Source: a virus. From it: a stretch of DNA of 30,951 nucleotides. Shown in pieces: positions 7,551-16,678 of this stretch; positions within the stretch are counted from its first letter, which is position 1, and each line of letters starts with the position of its first letter. The translations under genes were made by a program, and so were the position numbers. The notes beneath the pieces were generated by a model that made no database searches, had not been told where the DNA came from, and worked only from the letters and a program-made list of their open reading frames with translations. The DNA lies in the IMG/VR virus record IMGVR_UViG_3300037509_000067, positions 1 to 30,951 of that record; one strand, 5' to 3'.

Positions 7551-8127
7551 TATTTTTAGTGTTAGTTATTGTCTCTAGGCGAGTTAACCAATCAATGGCG
7601 TGGGGGTCGCAAAGATACTTACCCCAATCTGAATAGTGAGAAGGCAGTTCTTCATTTAAAAGAGAAATTGCAAATCGTTTGAATCTACCGTAAGGGTTAT
7701 CATATTTATTGTCAATTCCCCATTGAAAATCAATGATATACGCAAGTTTTTTTACAGGTTGTTCTTTAGTATTATTTTTTGCTTTCCAGGTGCGATTCAC
7801 AGTTAGGCGATAATTACAACCTTCGTTTAAGCTTTGACCGAGTTGCCGCTCAATTGGCGTGTCGCGAGTCCCGATCGAGCGCTTCAGTTTTTGGCGTTTA
7901 AACTCTTGGTGCAACTTTGACAAATCATCAAAATGAAGTTCAAGCTCGGCTTGGCTGTCGGTTGGGTTGACAAGATAGAACGAACAAAATGCCCATGGGT
8001 AGAGTCTAACTTCGTAATACAAAAACGCACGTTTGTTAGGCGATCGCGCAATTAATGTGCGTTTTTCTTTCTCTTGCGGAAGAAAGCGTTTAATAAGTTG
8101 AGCCAACCACGACAGCCAAGACCGCAT
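7531..8127 (-). CDS. Hypothetical protein
   Basis: 198 aa ORF in AT-rich DNA; amphipathic N-terminus. Confidence 0.7.
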   Translation of the reverse strand: MRSWLSWLAQLIKRFLPQEKEKRTLIARSPNKRAFLYYEVRLYPWAFCSFYLVNPTDSQAELELHFDDLSKLHQEFKRQKLKRSIGTRDTPIERQLGQSLNEGCNYRLTVNRTWKAKNNTKEQPVKKLAYIIDFQWGIDNKYDNPYGRFKRFAISLLNEELPSHYSDWGKYLCDPHAIDWLTRLETITNTKNTKMIFP

Positions 8128-8601
8128 AACATTTGGTAGAAAGATTATATTTTAATGCCTCTTGATAGGCTTATTGCTCTTGTTGCGGTTGCGTAATTCC
8201 CAAATGGGAAATTTTATGCTTATGTGATAATTATCTCGTTATTTTTTGGGACAGGATCTACGTTAAAGCCAAAAATTCAACTCCCTCTAGGTTCTCTGGG
8301 TTCTGAATTGACAAAATAAGAGTCAGACCCGTGGCAGCAAAAATAGCTAGGGTCACTGGGAATTTTCGACTAAATCGTTTGAGTTGTCTCCCCAAAATAA
8401 CACCTAGCTATCTGTCTTTCCTTGTACCAATTCCATTCAAACGCCAACTAAGGGCTGCTGCCTAGTTAATCTCAGGGTATCTATCCGAATCTCCTGGAAT
8501 CTGCCCGAATCCTCACTTTCGTTACCTCTTCAGCCGCAATCTTTACCGATTCAATTAGCTAGTTCCTGTATTCTTTGGGTAGGTATCATAGTTAAAAAAA
8601 G

Positions 8602-9486
8602 ATGTCAGGACACGGCTATTTTTTATCAGATGAGGGATTGACAAGATTAGAAGCGGAGATGGCGCAAAGGCAAGGGGGTAGGGGGTTAACTCGCCAGCAG
8701 TTGGCTGATTTAATCGAGGATAAAGGTGACCCGATCTCACTGGAAACAATAGCCTCAATGCTGGACAGAAAAAGAAGCGCCTACTACCGGAATATTGCCA
8801 CACTGTTCAGAGCGCTAGAAATTGAATTTGGAAAAAAAGACATTGCCAGGGCAGGTGACTGGCGTCACCATCCCAGCGCTGCCACTAGGGTAGCCTTGAT
8901 GTCATCGAGTAACAGGGGTGACATCATGAATCCAGTAGCGGCAGCAGCGTTCCAGGACTTCCTCAGACTACAGCAGGAAGGAAAAGTCGTGACAATCCAC
9001 TCAGCGGAGAAGAACACCCTCCCAACTCCCTTTATTTACGGCGAAGGGCAGCGAACAGGGATTCCCTCTAGGGTTCTCGACCGGGTGTCGCTAGAGGTCA
9101 TTCGTGGTTCATGGCGGATGCCCCAGAAGTACCAGCAACTACAAGAGTTTATCCACCGGCTCCATACTGAGGGCGAACTAACAGACCTGGTCACCACAGG
9201 CTGTGCCTGGATGTTATGTGGTCCATCTGACGCGCCAACCTTCGACAATCAATCGGGTGTAGTGTGGCAAGCGATCGCGGCTCCACCGGCTGAGGCGATT
9301 GATTACGTTGCATGGGGCGGGGCTGACGTGGGATACAGGAGCTGGATTCGGGTTGGTCAGCCTGATGGAAGTTTTGAAGTTTATGTGACCGACCCAACAG
9401 CGCAGTACTTGACAAAGCGGATGAAGTTGATTGAGTTCAACGATCGGCACTATCGGTATAGTGAAGATGTTGAGCGGGTAGCATAG
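8602..9486 (+). CDS. N-terminal HTH regulator with uncharacterised C-terminal domain
   Basis: LTRQQLADLI...ISLETIASML...IATLFRALEIEF resembles the XRE-like HTH of cyanobacterial signalling proteins. Confidence 0.65.
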   Translation: MSGHGYFLSDEGLTRLEAEMAQRQGGRGLTRQQLADLIEDKGDPISLETIASMLDRKRSAYYRNIATLFRALEIEFGKKDIARAGDWRHHPSAATRVALMSSSNRGDIMNPVAAAAFQDFLRLQQEGKVVTIHSAEKNTLPTPFIYGEGQRTGIPSRVLDRVSLEVIRGSWRMPQKYQQLQEFIHRLHTEGELTDLVTTGCAWMLCGPSDAPTFDNQSGVVWQAIAAPPAEAIDYVAWGGADVGYRSWIRVGQPDGSFEVYVTDPTAQYLTKRMKLIEFNDRHYRYSEDVERVA

Positions 9487-9519
9487 GTAAAGAGGAAGTG
9501 CGTATTGTTCGCAGACATG

Positions 9520-9550
9520 AAAAACCCCGCCTTGTTCAAAGTGGGGTTTC
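9520..9550. terminator. Bidirectional intrinsic terminator
   Basis: AAAAACCCCGC-loop-GTGGGGTTTC between convergent genes. Confidence 0.7.
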
Positions 9551-9578
9551 TGGCGTTATGGGGTTAAATCCAGAACCC

Positions 9579-10130
9579 TCATCCACAATCACGCCCAGTA
9601 AAGCTGTTCTCGCGCCTCCACTGAGCCATCTCAGCCAGCTCATCATTCTCGTACCTGAGGCGGTCATTCCTGTTCTCGGCTAACGCTAGTTCCACCGCCA
9701 CTTCCTCTAGTAGCTCATCTTTCTGAGACAATGCCGCTTTGAGTCCGTCAATCTCATTCTCCAGCTTTACCTGACCTTCCTTGAGTAGCTTTTTGATGGT
9801 TCGGTGAAACCATATCTCAAGCCTAGGATTGAGCCATCCCGTCAGTTTCAGGGCAACTTCCTCGTGCGTCCAGATATCCCAACGCTGTCCTTCCCCCTGT
9901 TCGATGCAATGAATAAGGGAAGTCGGGTTCCCCTGGTAATCATTCTTGACCACATTAATGATCGGGATACCCAAGTCTTCTGATAGCGCTTCTAGGTAGC
10001 GCTTGACGGAGTCCTCGCCAAGGAATGCCTCTATCTGTTTGCCTTCGGTATCGCAGAGGGCTGTGCCGTTCCAGTACCCGTCTGGACGGATTGCAATGTT
10101 ATGGTCTTGAAATACTTCAATGATGTTCAT
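9579..10130 (-). CDS. KilA-N domain protein with coiled-coil tail
   Basis: IRPDGYWNGTALC...WTHEEVALKLTGWLNPRLEIW. Confidence 0.85.
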   Translation of the reverse strand: MNIIEVFQDHNIAIRPDGYWNGTALCDTEGKQIEAFLGEDSVKRYLEALSEDLGIPIINVVKNDYQGNPTSLIHCIEQGEGQRWDIWTHEEVALKLTGWLNPRLEIWFHRTIKKLLKEGQVKLENEIDGLKAALSQKDELLEEVAVELALAENRNDRLRYENDELAEMAQWRRENSFTGRDCG

Positions 10131-10133
10131 TTC

Positions 10134-10841
10134 CTACCCTCTGCTCAAATCCTGTATTGATCCATCAGGCGGCATCCAATAAACGTCTATCTGAAATTGA
10201 GAACCAGACTTGTGTATAAATGAAAGATCCTGCTTTCGACTTGACCCAAACAGTACCAATTTCTTCTTCTTAGCTGGGTAATATGCTGAGTAAATATTAA
10301 GCTGTTCTATACCCTTAAGCCAACTAGAAATGATCTTGACTTCAATCAATGAATCTTCTGTTAGAAGGTCTATACGATACCTGCCACCTTCTATCGCAAC
10401 TTCTTTCTCTCCACCCCACAAACTTCGTAGATGATTTCGATAATCAAACTCGGAAACAAGAATATTATTCCCCTGTGCAGGATGCATAGAGAACGCGATC
10501 AATTCTTCGGTGAATTCTTCTAGCTTCCCTGCCCCTTTTAGCGGCTCCCATATGAGCCAATCGTGGACACGTAAGCTTAATCCACCATGCAGTGAAGAGG
10601 CTAACACCATCGCTAAAGGCATTTTGTACCAAATACCATCCAATTCTTTTACGATAAAATCCCCTTTCTTGTCGAAATTCATAACTCGCTGTGGGCGCTG
10701 GGTGCGGAGGAAAGAGGCTAAATAGGTAAGTCTCTTTTTAGCTGCCAGACACATATCACTCGCGCAAAGGTACTCTCCTTTCTGGCGGATTACCATTCCA
10801 TTCCAGTCGCGCTCAATAATCGCCAGTGATTCATTGGTCAT
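10134..10841 (-). CDS. KilA-N-like domain fused to a PD-(D/E)XK nuclease
   Basis: IRQKGEYLCASDMC N-terminus; EV...RIDLLT...IEVK...QLNIY nuclease motif. Confidence 0.75.
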   Translation of the reverse strand: MTNESLAIIERDWNGMVIRQKGEYLCASDMCLAAKKRLTYLASFLRTQRPQRVMNFDKKGDFIVKELDGIWYKMPLAMVLASSLHGGLSLRVHDWLIWEPLKGAGKLEEFTEELIAFSMHPAQGNNILVSEFDYRNHLRSLWGGEKEVAIEGGRYRIDLLTEDSLIEVKIISSWLKGIEQLNIYSAYYPAKKKKLVLFGSSRKQDLSFIHKSGSQFQIDVYWMPPDGSIQDLSRG

Positions 10842-11055
10842 GTAATCGTCCTACCTCTTTCAGCGTTTGCCTAACAGATTGATCTAGCTCTTCAAACGTC
10901 ACTCCGTAAAGATTCGCAAGTGGCTTAATCAATAAAAAATTCGGAGTTCCCTTTCCTTTCTCCCAACCCCTAACGGTTGCTTCTGCTATACCAAGACGAG
11001 ATGCAACATCAACGGTTCTAAGCCCTGTCCGCTCTCTCAGTTGCTTCATGTTCAT
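10831..11055 (-). CDS. XRE/Cro-like HTH regulator
   Basis: LRERTGLRTVDVASRLGIAEATVRGWEKGKGTP. Confidence 0.9.
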   Translation of the reverse strand: MNMKQLRERTGLRTVDVASRLGIAEATVRGWEKGKGTPNFLLIKPLANLYGVTFEELDQSVRQTLKEVGRLHDQ

Positions 11056-11188
11056 CGTTTCAATTAATATTCTAATTATAATGCAAGAGTCTACGCAGAA
11101 ACCTGCGACTCAAGTTAAAATAATAAGCGATCGCACCAGTCCAGGAAACTATGCGATCGCCACGCCCTTACTCACAAGGACTCCAAAA

Positions 11189-11338
11189 ATGATTGTAAAC
11201 CAATTGGGTACCTATAGTTTCTCCGGGGGCTGCTGCCGTCTACTGTGCTTCAACGATGCTGTCTACTACGATGCCAGCGGGAAAGGGTATTGCCTGAACC
11301 ATGCGCCAAAGCATCTGATAGATAGCGATGAAGAGTAG
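11189..11338 (+). CDS. Small Cys/His-containing hypothetical protein
   Basis: AAGGA RBS, 49 aa, CCxxxC...YCxxH. Confidence 0.5.
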   Translation: MIVNQLGTYSFSGGCCRLLCFNDAVYYDASGKGYCLNHAPKHLIDSDEE

Positions 11339-11375
11339 GGAGAGATTCCAAACCTATTAACCATTAAGCTCAAAT

Positions 11376-11405
11376 GCAAAACCGCCCTCATAAGGCGGCT
11401 TTTGC
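11376..11405. terminator. Bidirectional terminator
   Basis: GCAAAACCGCC-loop-GGCGGCTTTTGC between convergent genes. Confidence 0.65.
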
Positions 11406-11421
11406 GTATTGTACACAATTA

Positions 11422-11664
11422 TTAACTTGATCGGTGTTTCCTCCCATGACAGCGCCTGCACAGCGTCTCTAGGTCATCGAGGTACAGATGCTCTCGCCCG
11501 TAATGAGCATAGGTCTTGTGATGCACCTGTAAGTACTTCCTTGTGCCACAGCCCTTGCACCTGTAGCGATCGCGTGCCATCACTCGCAGCCTCACCCATT
11601 TCCAGTAGGGGGACAGGAGAAATCTTTTGTAACTTTTCCTGGTACGCTTGCGCGGTTTGGGCAT
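11422..11664 (-). CDS. HNH endonuclease
   Basis: RD.YRCKGCG...LQVHHKTY...LETLCRRCH. Confidence 0.88.
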   Translation of the reverse strand: MPKPRKRTRKSYKRFLLSPYWKWVRLRVMARDRYRCKGCGTRKYLQVHHKTYAHYGREHLYLDDLETLCRRCHGRKHRSS

Positions 11665-11719
11665 AAGGGGAAATACTAAAGGAGTTACCCAGATTTACTA
11701 GTATTTGGAACCAAATTAC

Positions 11720-11959
11720 ATGATGAAACTCATAACACCATTTCTTAGTGATTCCCTAGATTTCGCCCTTGGCTTTGAAGCTGGCAAATGCTACCAGCAA
11801 ATGCAAGAAGGTGAAAATCCCATTGAGGGAATGTACCATTTAGCCAACCAAGATCAATTGTTTCTGACGGCAGGAAACCTAGGATACACGGTTCGTGAAT
11901 GGCAAAAACGGGATGATACTTGGATGCACTGCATCTTTGAAAAAGACGAAATGAGATAG
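11720..11959 (+). CDS. Hypothetical protein
   Basis: 79 aa ORF from ATG 11720. Confidence 0.65.
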   Translation: MMKLITPFLSDSLDFALGFEAGKCYQQMQEGENPIEGMYHLANQDQLFLTAGNLGYTVREWQKRDDTWMHCIFEKDEMR

Positions 11960-11986
11960 CAGGTAGAGCGGAAAGCCTGGTTCCTA

Positions 11987-12250
11987 TCAGTATCGGATTA
12001 AAACGTCATAGCTCAGCTCGTTGCGATCGCTCACCAGTTTCCTGCAACAAGGGCAGCGATAAGGAGTGCCAGGATAACCCTCGCCAAAAGGCTTAAGCTG
12101 AACTGGTCTGTTCTGACGACTTTGGCACTGGTGAAAAATTGCCAGCGATACCTTGAGTTTTTTGAATCCCAGAGCGAAAACCAATGCCGTAGAGTATTTG
12201 ATTCGTGCGCGGTCAGACAGTTCGGATAGCAGCATTAGTGGGCGTCTCAA
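11987..12250 (-). CDS. Hypothetical protein with HxC...CPCC motif
   Basis: 87 aa ORF with TTG start. Confidence 0.45.
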   Translation of the reverse strand: MRRPLMLLSELSDRARIKYSTALVFALGFKKLKVSLAIFHQCQSRQNRPVQLKPFGEGYPGTPYRCPCCRKLVSDRNELSYDVLIRY

Positions 12251-12293
12251 CCGATGAGTTAAAATTCAGTGTACATGAGAGCTGACTACAATT

Positions 12294-12692
12294 ATGGACG
12301 ATGAGAAATGGGAGCGTAGAGTCGAAATAATCAAGCTAGTAATCCCGTTGGTGTTCGCTGGATTGGGGGTGTTCTTGATTGCGATCGCGCTCCTTCAAGT
12401 CACCCTCTCTCCCCGACCAAGCGATCGAATCATTGACAAAATCTTCGATGCTTCTAATAACTTAATTCTGCTAGGGGGTGGGGCGCTAACAACTGGAGCG
12501 ATAGGGATGGGAGGGCGCAAGCGAGGGAACATAACCACGGTGCAACAGGAATTCCAGCAACCTATTGACAACGTGATCATTCCAACTCCTAGCACGAACT
12601 CTGTCATCAGTACCTCTGACTACTCCCAGCAGGACGCCATAGGGTTACCGGTAGTGAAGCACAACGATGATGGTTATGATGACGAGCCATAG
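12294..12692 (+). CDS. Two-TM membrane protein (holin-like architecture)
   Basis: Two hydrophobic segments and a charged tail; convergent with the putative lysin. Confidence 0.6.
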   Translation: MDDEKWERRVEIIKLVIPLVFAGLGVFLIAIALLQVTLSPRPSDRIIDKIFDASNNLILLGGGALTTGAIGMGGRKRGNITTVQQEFQQPIDNVIIPTPSTNSVISTSDYSQQDAIGLPVVKHNDDGYDDEP

Positions 12693-12694
12693 GG

Positions 12695-13510
12695 TCAATG
12701 ATTCACTATCAACGGAATCCTGGATATCCCCTGGTCTCGAAACTCTCTCATACAACGCCGCCAGATATTCCAACCATTGTCAAACAAGAACACGATGCAG
12801 CCGCTACTTCCAGGGAAGCGACTGCGGTTAGTGTCGTTGTGGACCATAAACTCACCCCGCATTATGCCCCTTATCTGCACAGGGTCAGGGATGATGTGAA
12901 AGGCGTAGCCTTCGATGCCTTTGGTTTGGAACCGTGCCAGCTCCTCTGTTAGTATCCAGTAGTTCTTAATGTTCAACTCATCGCAACTAGGCAATGGTCC
13001 CTTCCCTTTGAGGCTCGTGCTGCTTTTGTGCTGATAACTAGGTTGCCCTGAGGTGCAGCTAAAGGAATGCGCCTCTCTTGTACCAACAAGGTCGAACGTT
13101 CCAGTAACAAGTGCGTTTTGACGCTTTGCAGGTAAGAACATGTTGAAGGTTGCCAAAGGGTCAGGCTTGCTTTGTAAAGTTACGACCTTGGTTTCAGTTT
13201 TACTAGAGGTAGGTAAAAATACTTCGACGTGAGGATCGGTGGCTGGAGGGGAGCCATACAAATACCACTCACCTGGTTCGATAGCGATCGCGCTTGTCTT
13301 TCCCTGCTGCTCACAAACTATGCGCTCTGAGCTTAGTACTACCTTGTAATGCTTCCCAGTCGGCGCAAAACTTAAAGCCTTGAGGTAAACGCCCGGTGGC
13401 AACTCCACTTTGCTGTGGGAGTCCAAGGATGCAGCGCTTTGAGGAGTGCGCTTGAGGAACGTCGGTTTAATCGTGCGGAATACAGCAGGGGTGGTGGCAG
13501 CCAAGGGCAT
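12695..13510 (-). CDS. Putative peptidoglycan enzyme with DUF2778/Tlde1-like L,D-transpeptidase-fold domain
   Basis: FMVHND...PGSSGCI His/Cys motif; N-terminal TFLK..P....L...K..L..G...H.KV...WY...HVE domain typical of cyanobacterial cell-wall enzymes. Confidence 0.65.
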   Translation of the reverse strand: MPLAATTPAVFRTIKPTFLKRTPQSAASLDSHSKVELPPGVYLKALSFAPTGKHYKVVLSSERIVCEQQGKTSAIAIEPGEWYLYGSPPATDPHVEVFLPTSSKTETKVVTLQSKPDPLATFNMFLPAKRQNALVTGTFDLVGTREAHSFSCTSGQPSYQHKSSTSLKGKGPLPSCDELNIKNYWILTEELARFQTKGIEGYAFHIIPDPVQIRGIMRGEFMVHNDTNRSRFPGSSGCIVFLFDNGWNIWRRCMREFRDQGISRIPLIVNH

Positions 13511-13687
13511 GATGAGCGATGGAGTGAAAATACTAATCTAGCTTGGCTTTTCTGTGGCGTCTTCAAAATTCCTTGCGGGTCATAGCCTGCGCTTCAACTC
13601 TTCTTGCAAAATACTCCAATCGCTTACGATGTTCATCCCTTGCTTCAAGGTTTAACTTGTCGTTCAAAACAGAAAACAACCACTGAT

Positions 13688-14947
13688 CTACCTGTTCAAG
13701 GGTGTCACGACCGGAAAAGATATGATTTGACACTCCAACGGCTGAAGCACGTTGGATTCTAACTTCATCGTCAGAACTTGCTCTACCAGGCTTGCGCCAA
13801 GTAGCGTAGAGGTTCCAACTCCATCAGCGTTACTTCGGGACTGCCCATCCCTAGATTTTGCCTTTAGCAAAATGTTAATAGCCGCATTCCAATCCCTTTG
13901 GAGAGTCAGACCACAAGAGCAAACGTGAGTCCTAGTGCTGAGGGATTTTTTCACAATCGCCTTACACTGACTGCATTCTTGTGAGGTGTACTGAGGTGGA
14001 ACAGCAACAGCTAATTTTCCAAACTTGGTTGCAAAATATTCAATCCACTGCCTGAATTGATACCAACCCGCATCAGCAATTGACTTAGCTAGACAGTGAT
14101 TTTTGAGCAGATTTGCAACTCTTAAGTCTTCATAGGCTATTAAGTCGTTAGACTTACAAACGTGACGCGCCAGTTTCTTGGCGTGTTCGGTACGTTGCCT
14201 ACTTACTCTTAAGTGCTTCCTAGAATACTTAGCTCTTGCCTTACGGCGACCCGATGAACCTTTTACCTTTTTATAGATGCTTCGTTGAGCGTGTTTGATG
14301 CTGGATTCAGCCTTTCTCAAGAATTTTGGGTTGGGTTCTTGATGCCCGTTTGAATCGGTGTAGAAGGATTCAATGCCAACATCAAGACCGATTTGATTAC
14401 CCGTTGGATGCTGAATATCAACACATTCAGCATCAACGGCAAACTGGCAGTAATACCCGTCAGCACGTCGCACAAGTCGAACCCGCTTGATTGACTTAAC
14501 GGGGTACTGATAGATGTCCCATTTACCCAAAAGCTTGAGTTCACCAATTCCCTTTTTGTCTGTAATGGTGATGCGTCTTTTACTTTTGTGGAGCGACCAT
14601 CCGCTAGTCTTATACTCAACAGAGCGGTTATCTTTCTGAAACTGAGGAAACCCTTTCTTCCCTGATTTTTTAGACTTGCAATTATTGTAGAACCGAGAGA
14701 TAGCAAGCCAGCCCCGTTCAGCAGCCGCTTGTACAGCCATTGAGTTGAGGTCTTTGACAAAAGCAAACTCGTTGCGTAATTCGGTCGAGTAATTATTTAA
14801 GCTAAACCGATTGATTTTGGCGTCTTTGGGTGCGTCCATCCAATATCTAATCGATTTATTTCTGATGAATTGCACGGTTCTGATAGCCTCATCAATAGCT
14901 TGATATTGCTGCGGTTTGGCTTTGATTTTATATTCGAGAACTCGCAT
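13688..14947 (-). CDS. tnpB: RNA-guided endonuclease TnpB
   Basis: RuvC-I GLDVG, RuvC-II YEDL, zinc finger CSQC/CSCG, RuvC-III RDWNAAINI. Confidence 0.96.
   Translation of the reverse strand: MRVLEYKIKAKPQQYQAIDEAIRTVQFIRNKSIRYWMDAPKDAKINRFSLNNYSTELRNEFAFVKDLNSMAVQAAAERGWLAISRFYNNCKSKKSGKKGFPQFQKDNRSVEYKTSGWSLHKSKRRITITDKKGIGELKLLGKWDIYQYPVKSIKRVRLVRRADGYYCQFAVDAECVDIQHPTGNQIGLDVGIESFYTDSNGHQEPNPKFLRKAESSIKHAQRSIYKKVKGSSGRRKARAKYSRKHLRVSRQRTEHAKKLARHVCKSNDLIAYEDLRVANLLKNHCLAKSIADAGWYQFRQWIEYFATKFGKLAVAVPPQYTSQECSQCKAIVKKSLSTRTHVCSCGLTLQRDWNAAINILLKAKSRDGQSRSNADGVGTSTLLGASLVEQVLTMKLESNVLQPLECQIISFPVVTPLNR
13727..13759 (-). other. IS right-end hairpin and 3' end of the omegaRNA scaffold
   Basis: GAAT CCAACG tgcttcagc CGTTGG AGTG TCAA; same GAAT/TCAA pair as IS608. 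Confidence 0.88.
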
Positions 14948-15006
14948 TGTGTTTCGCCTCCTTGTTGTCTATGATAGTGGTCTATAGTCCAACCGTCAAG
15001 ACCAGT

Positions 15007-15402
15007 ATGGGACAAAATTACCGTCACGCCAACACATCAATTACTTTGATTAACTATCATTTTGTTTGGATACCAAGACGCCGTAAAGCCGTACTTATTG
15101 GAGAGGTTGTTCAAAGATTCGAGGAATTACTAAGAGCAAAAGTAACCGAGCTAGATTGTCAGGTTATTGCCTTAGAAGTGATGCCTGACCATGTGCATTT
15201 ATTTCTTAACTGCCCTCCAACGGTCGCTCCATCAGACCTCATGCATCGACTTAAGGGAGCGACGGCTTACAGACTTAGAGACGAATTCCCGCACTTAAAA
15301 AAGCTCCCAAGTATGTGGACTAGGAGCTTTTTTTGTTCAACCGCTGGCAATGTCAGCAGTGAAACAATTAAGCGCTACATTGAAAATCAGAAGACCAGGT
15401 GA
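15007..15402 (+). CDS. tnpA: IS200/IS605 Y1 (HUH) transposase
   Basis: NYHFVWIPRRRK, DHVHL HUH motif, catalytic Tyr in KRYIENQ. Confidence 0.96.
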   Translation: MGQNYRHANTSITLINYHFVWIPRRRKAVLIGEVVQRFEELLRAKVTELDCQVIALEVMPDHVHLFLNCPPTVAPSDLMHRLKGATAYRLRDEFPHLKKLPSMWTRSFFCSTAGNVSSETIKRYIENQKTR

Positions 15403-15440
15403 TTTGGTCATCTCCGTACCTTCGATGACCCGCCTTATAT

Positions 15441-15477
15441 CCCACACCTAAAAGGATGTGGGTTTTACGGCGCTTCT
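15441..15477 (-). other. IS left-end hairpin
   Basis: AAAA guide then CCCACATCC-TTTT-AGGTGTGGG; TTAT target at 15478-15481. Confidence 0.85.
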
Positions 15478-15553
15478 ATAACGATTACTCTCTAAGGACT
15501 CCAATAATTCAATTATTCGCTACAAGCTCAGACAAGTCCAACAACATCACCAT

Positions 15554-15581
15554 AAGCGGGAAAGCAAAAGCGGGAAAGCAA
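15554..15581. repeat. 14-bp perfect tandem duplication
   Basis: AAGCGGGAAAGCAA x2. Confidence 0.85.
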
Positions 15582-15700
15582 GTTGTCTTGCCCTAACTCG
15601 ACATTGCGCTACGGGAGAGACACCACAGCAACGAACATTGTAGGCGTCCTCGCAAGCGATCGCAAAGGCATCATGAAGACTGAGATTGCTGAGTTCATAG

Positions 15701-16531
15701 CTACTCTCCCAGTAGCATCTGACGATCGCCCTTCCGTTGCATCCACAGCCGCTTTAGCTCCCCCATCCTTTCCCGTGGGAGCTTAGCCGTAGCGTGCGCG
15801 GTCATTTCCTGCACCCAGTCATTATCCTTGATGCCAACGGATACCAGCCACCTCTTACATTGTTGATTGGCATTCTTACCTGTAAATCCCAACTTCCTTG
15901 CAATCTCACCAATCCCCATACCGTCAAACGTTGCAACGGGGTTGAGGTTCTGATCCACCATCACGGTTTTTTGCACTACCTCTTTCTCTGTGACAACTGC
16001 ATCAGGCCGCCCTTGGATGAGAGCCAAGGTGAGTGCGCCATGCATAACCACGATGGCTTCACTTCGCTCGAACAATACGCGCTGATTCGTCGTGGTGGTT
16101 GCGTTGGCTTGTGCGATCGCAAGTTGTAGTTCCAGCTCTCGGATGCGTTCTGACTGTTGTGGAGTAACTACCTCGGCTTCACGGGTTTTGACGGCGAAGT
16201 ATGATTGAGCTGAAGCAATTTCTGGTTTGCGAGGATCTCCGTTCATTGCCGTGAGATAACAACCGAGGCGAGAAAGTCTGTAGTCTTTGATGACTGAACG
16301 AAAAGCTTGAGAGTCTCCAATTTGCGCCATTTGGACGACCTCGACAAAATGGGCATGAGTGCTTCCCCCTGAGTTCTGACAAGAAGTAGCAGCCCTTTCC
16401 ACCGTCTCTCTCTGTCGCTTCCAAGTCTTATACCCAAATAGAGTTAATAGCTCTGTTGCTAGCCAGTACTCGCCTTGGTCGTCTTCATGGCGAATTGAAT
16501 CGAATGGACTGGTATAAGGTAAACTTTGCAT
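15701..16531 (-). CDS. DinD-like/Bro-N antirepressor-type protein
   Basis: FDSIRH...EYWLATEL..LFGY..W...DYRLSRLGCYLTAMNGDPRKPEIASAQSYFAVKTREAE. Confidence 0.85.
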   Translation of the reverse strand: MQSLPYTSPFDSIRHEDDQGEYWLATELLTLFGYKTWKRQRETVERAATSCQNSGGSTHAHFVEVVQMAQIGDSQAFRSVIKDYRLSRLGCYLTAMNGDPRKPEIASAQSYFAVKTREAEVVTPQQSERIRELELQLAIAQANATTTTNQRVLFERSEAIVVMHGALTLALIQGRPDAVVTEKEVVQKTVMVDQNLNPVATFDGMGIGEIARKLGFTGKNANQQCKRWLVSVGIKDNDWVQEMTAHATAKLPRERMGELKRLWMQRKGDRQMLLGE

Positions 16532-16568
16532 GGTCGATATCCTAGTTTCGTTAGGTTTTCGGCTGATG

Positions 16569-16596
16569 GACACTAGCTAACGCGTTAGCTAGTGTC
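16569..16596. repeat. Perfect 28-bp palindrome
   Basis: GACACTAGCTAACG|CGTTAGCTAGTGTC. Confidence 0.9.
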
Positions 16597-16656
16597 TTCA
16601 TTCTCTCACGAAGCAAGGGATAGTAGAGAGCGCCGAATAATCGAATAGCAGCAATG

Positions 16657-16678
16657 TACCTGGTAATATTACCAGGTA
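16657..16678. repeat. Perfect 22-bp palindrome
   Basis: TACCTGGTAAT|ATTACCAGGTA. Confidence 0.9.

Larger units (their letters stand above)
13727..15477 (-). mobile_element. Complete IS200/IS605-family element (IS605-type, divergent tnpA/tnpB), 1751 bp
   Basis: Minus strand: TTAT|AGAAGCGCCGT-AAAA-hairpin at the left end; GAAT-hairpin-AGTG-TCAA| at the right end; no target duplication. Confidence 0.92.

Noticed and set aside
13562-13726. Gene interrupted by the IS605 insertion
   Set aside because: A protein-like frame follows the right end, but the rejoined empty site has in-frame stops just upstream and no start.
14317-15027. Alternative-frame ORFs 14317-14766 and 14797-15027
   Set aside because: Shadow frames over tnpB with no motifs.
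16569-16596. Protelomerase telRL site
   Set aside because: Shorter than typical sites and no protelomerase gene in the window.
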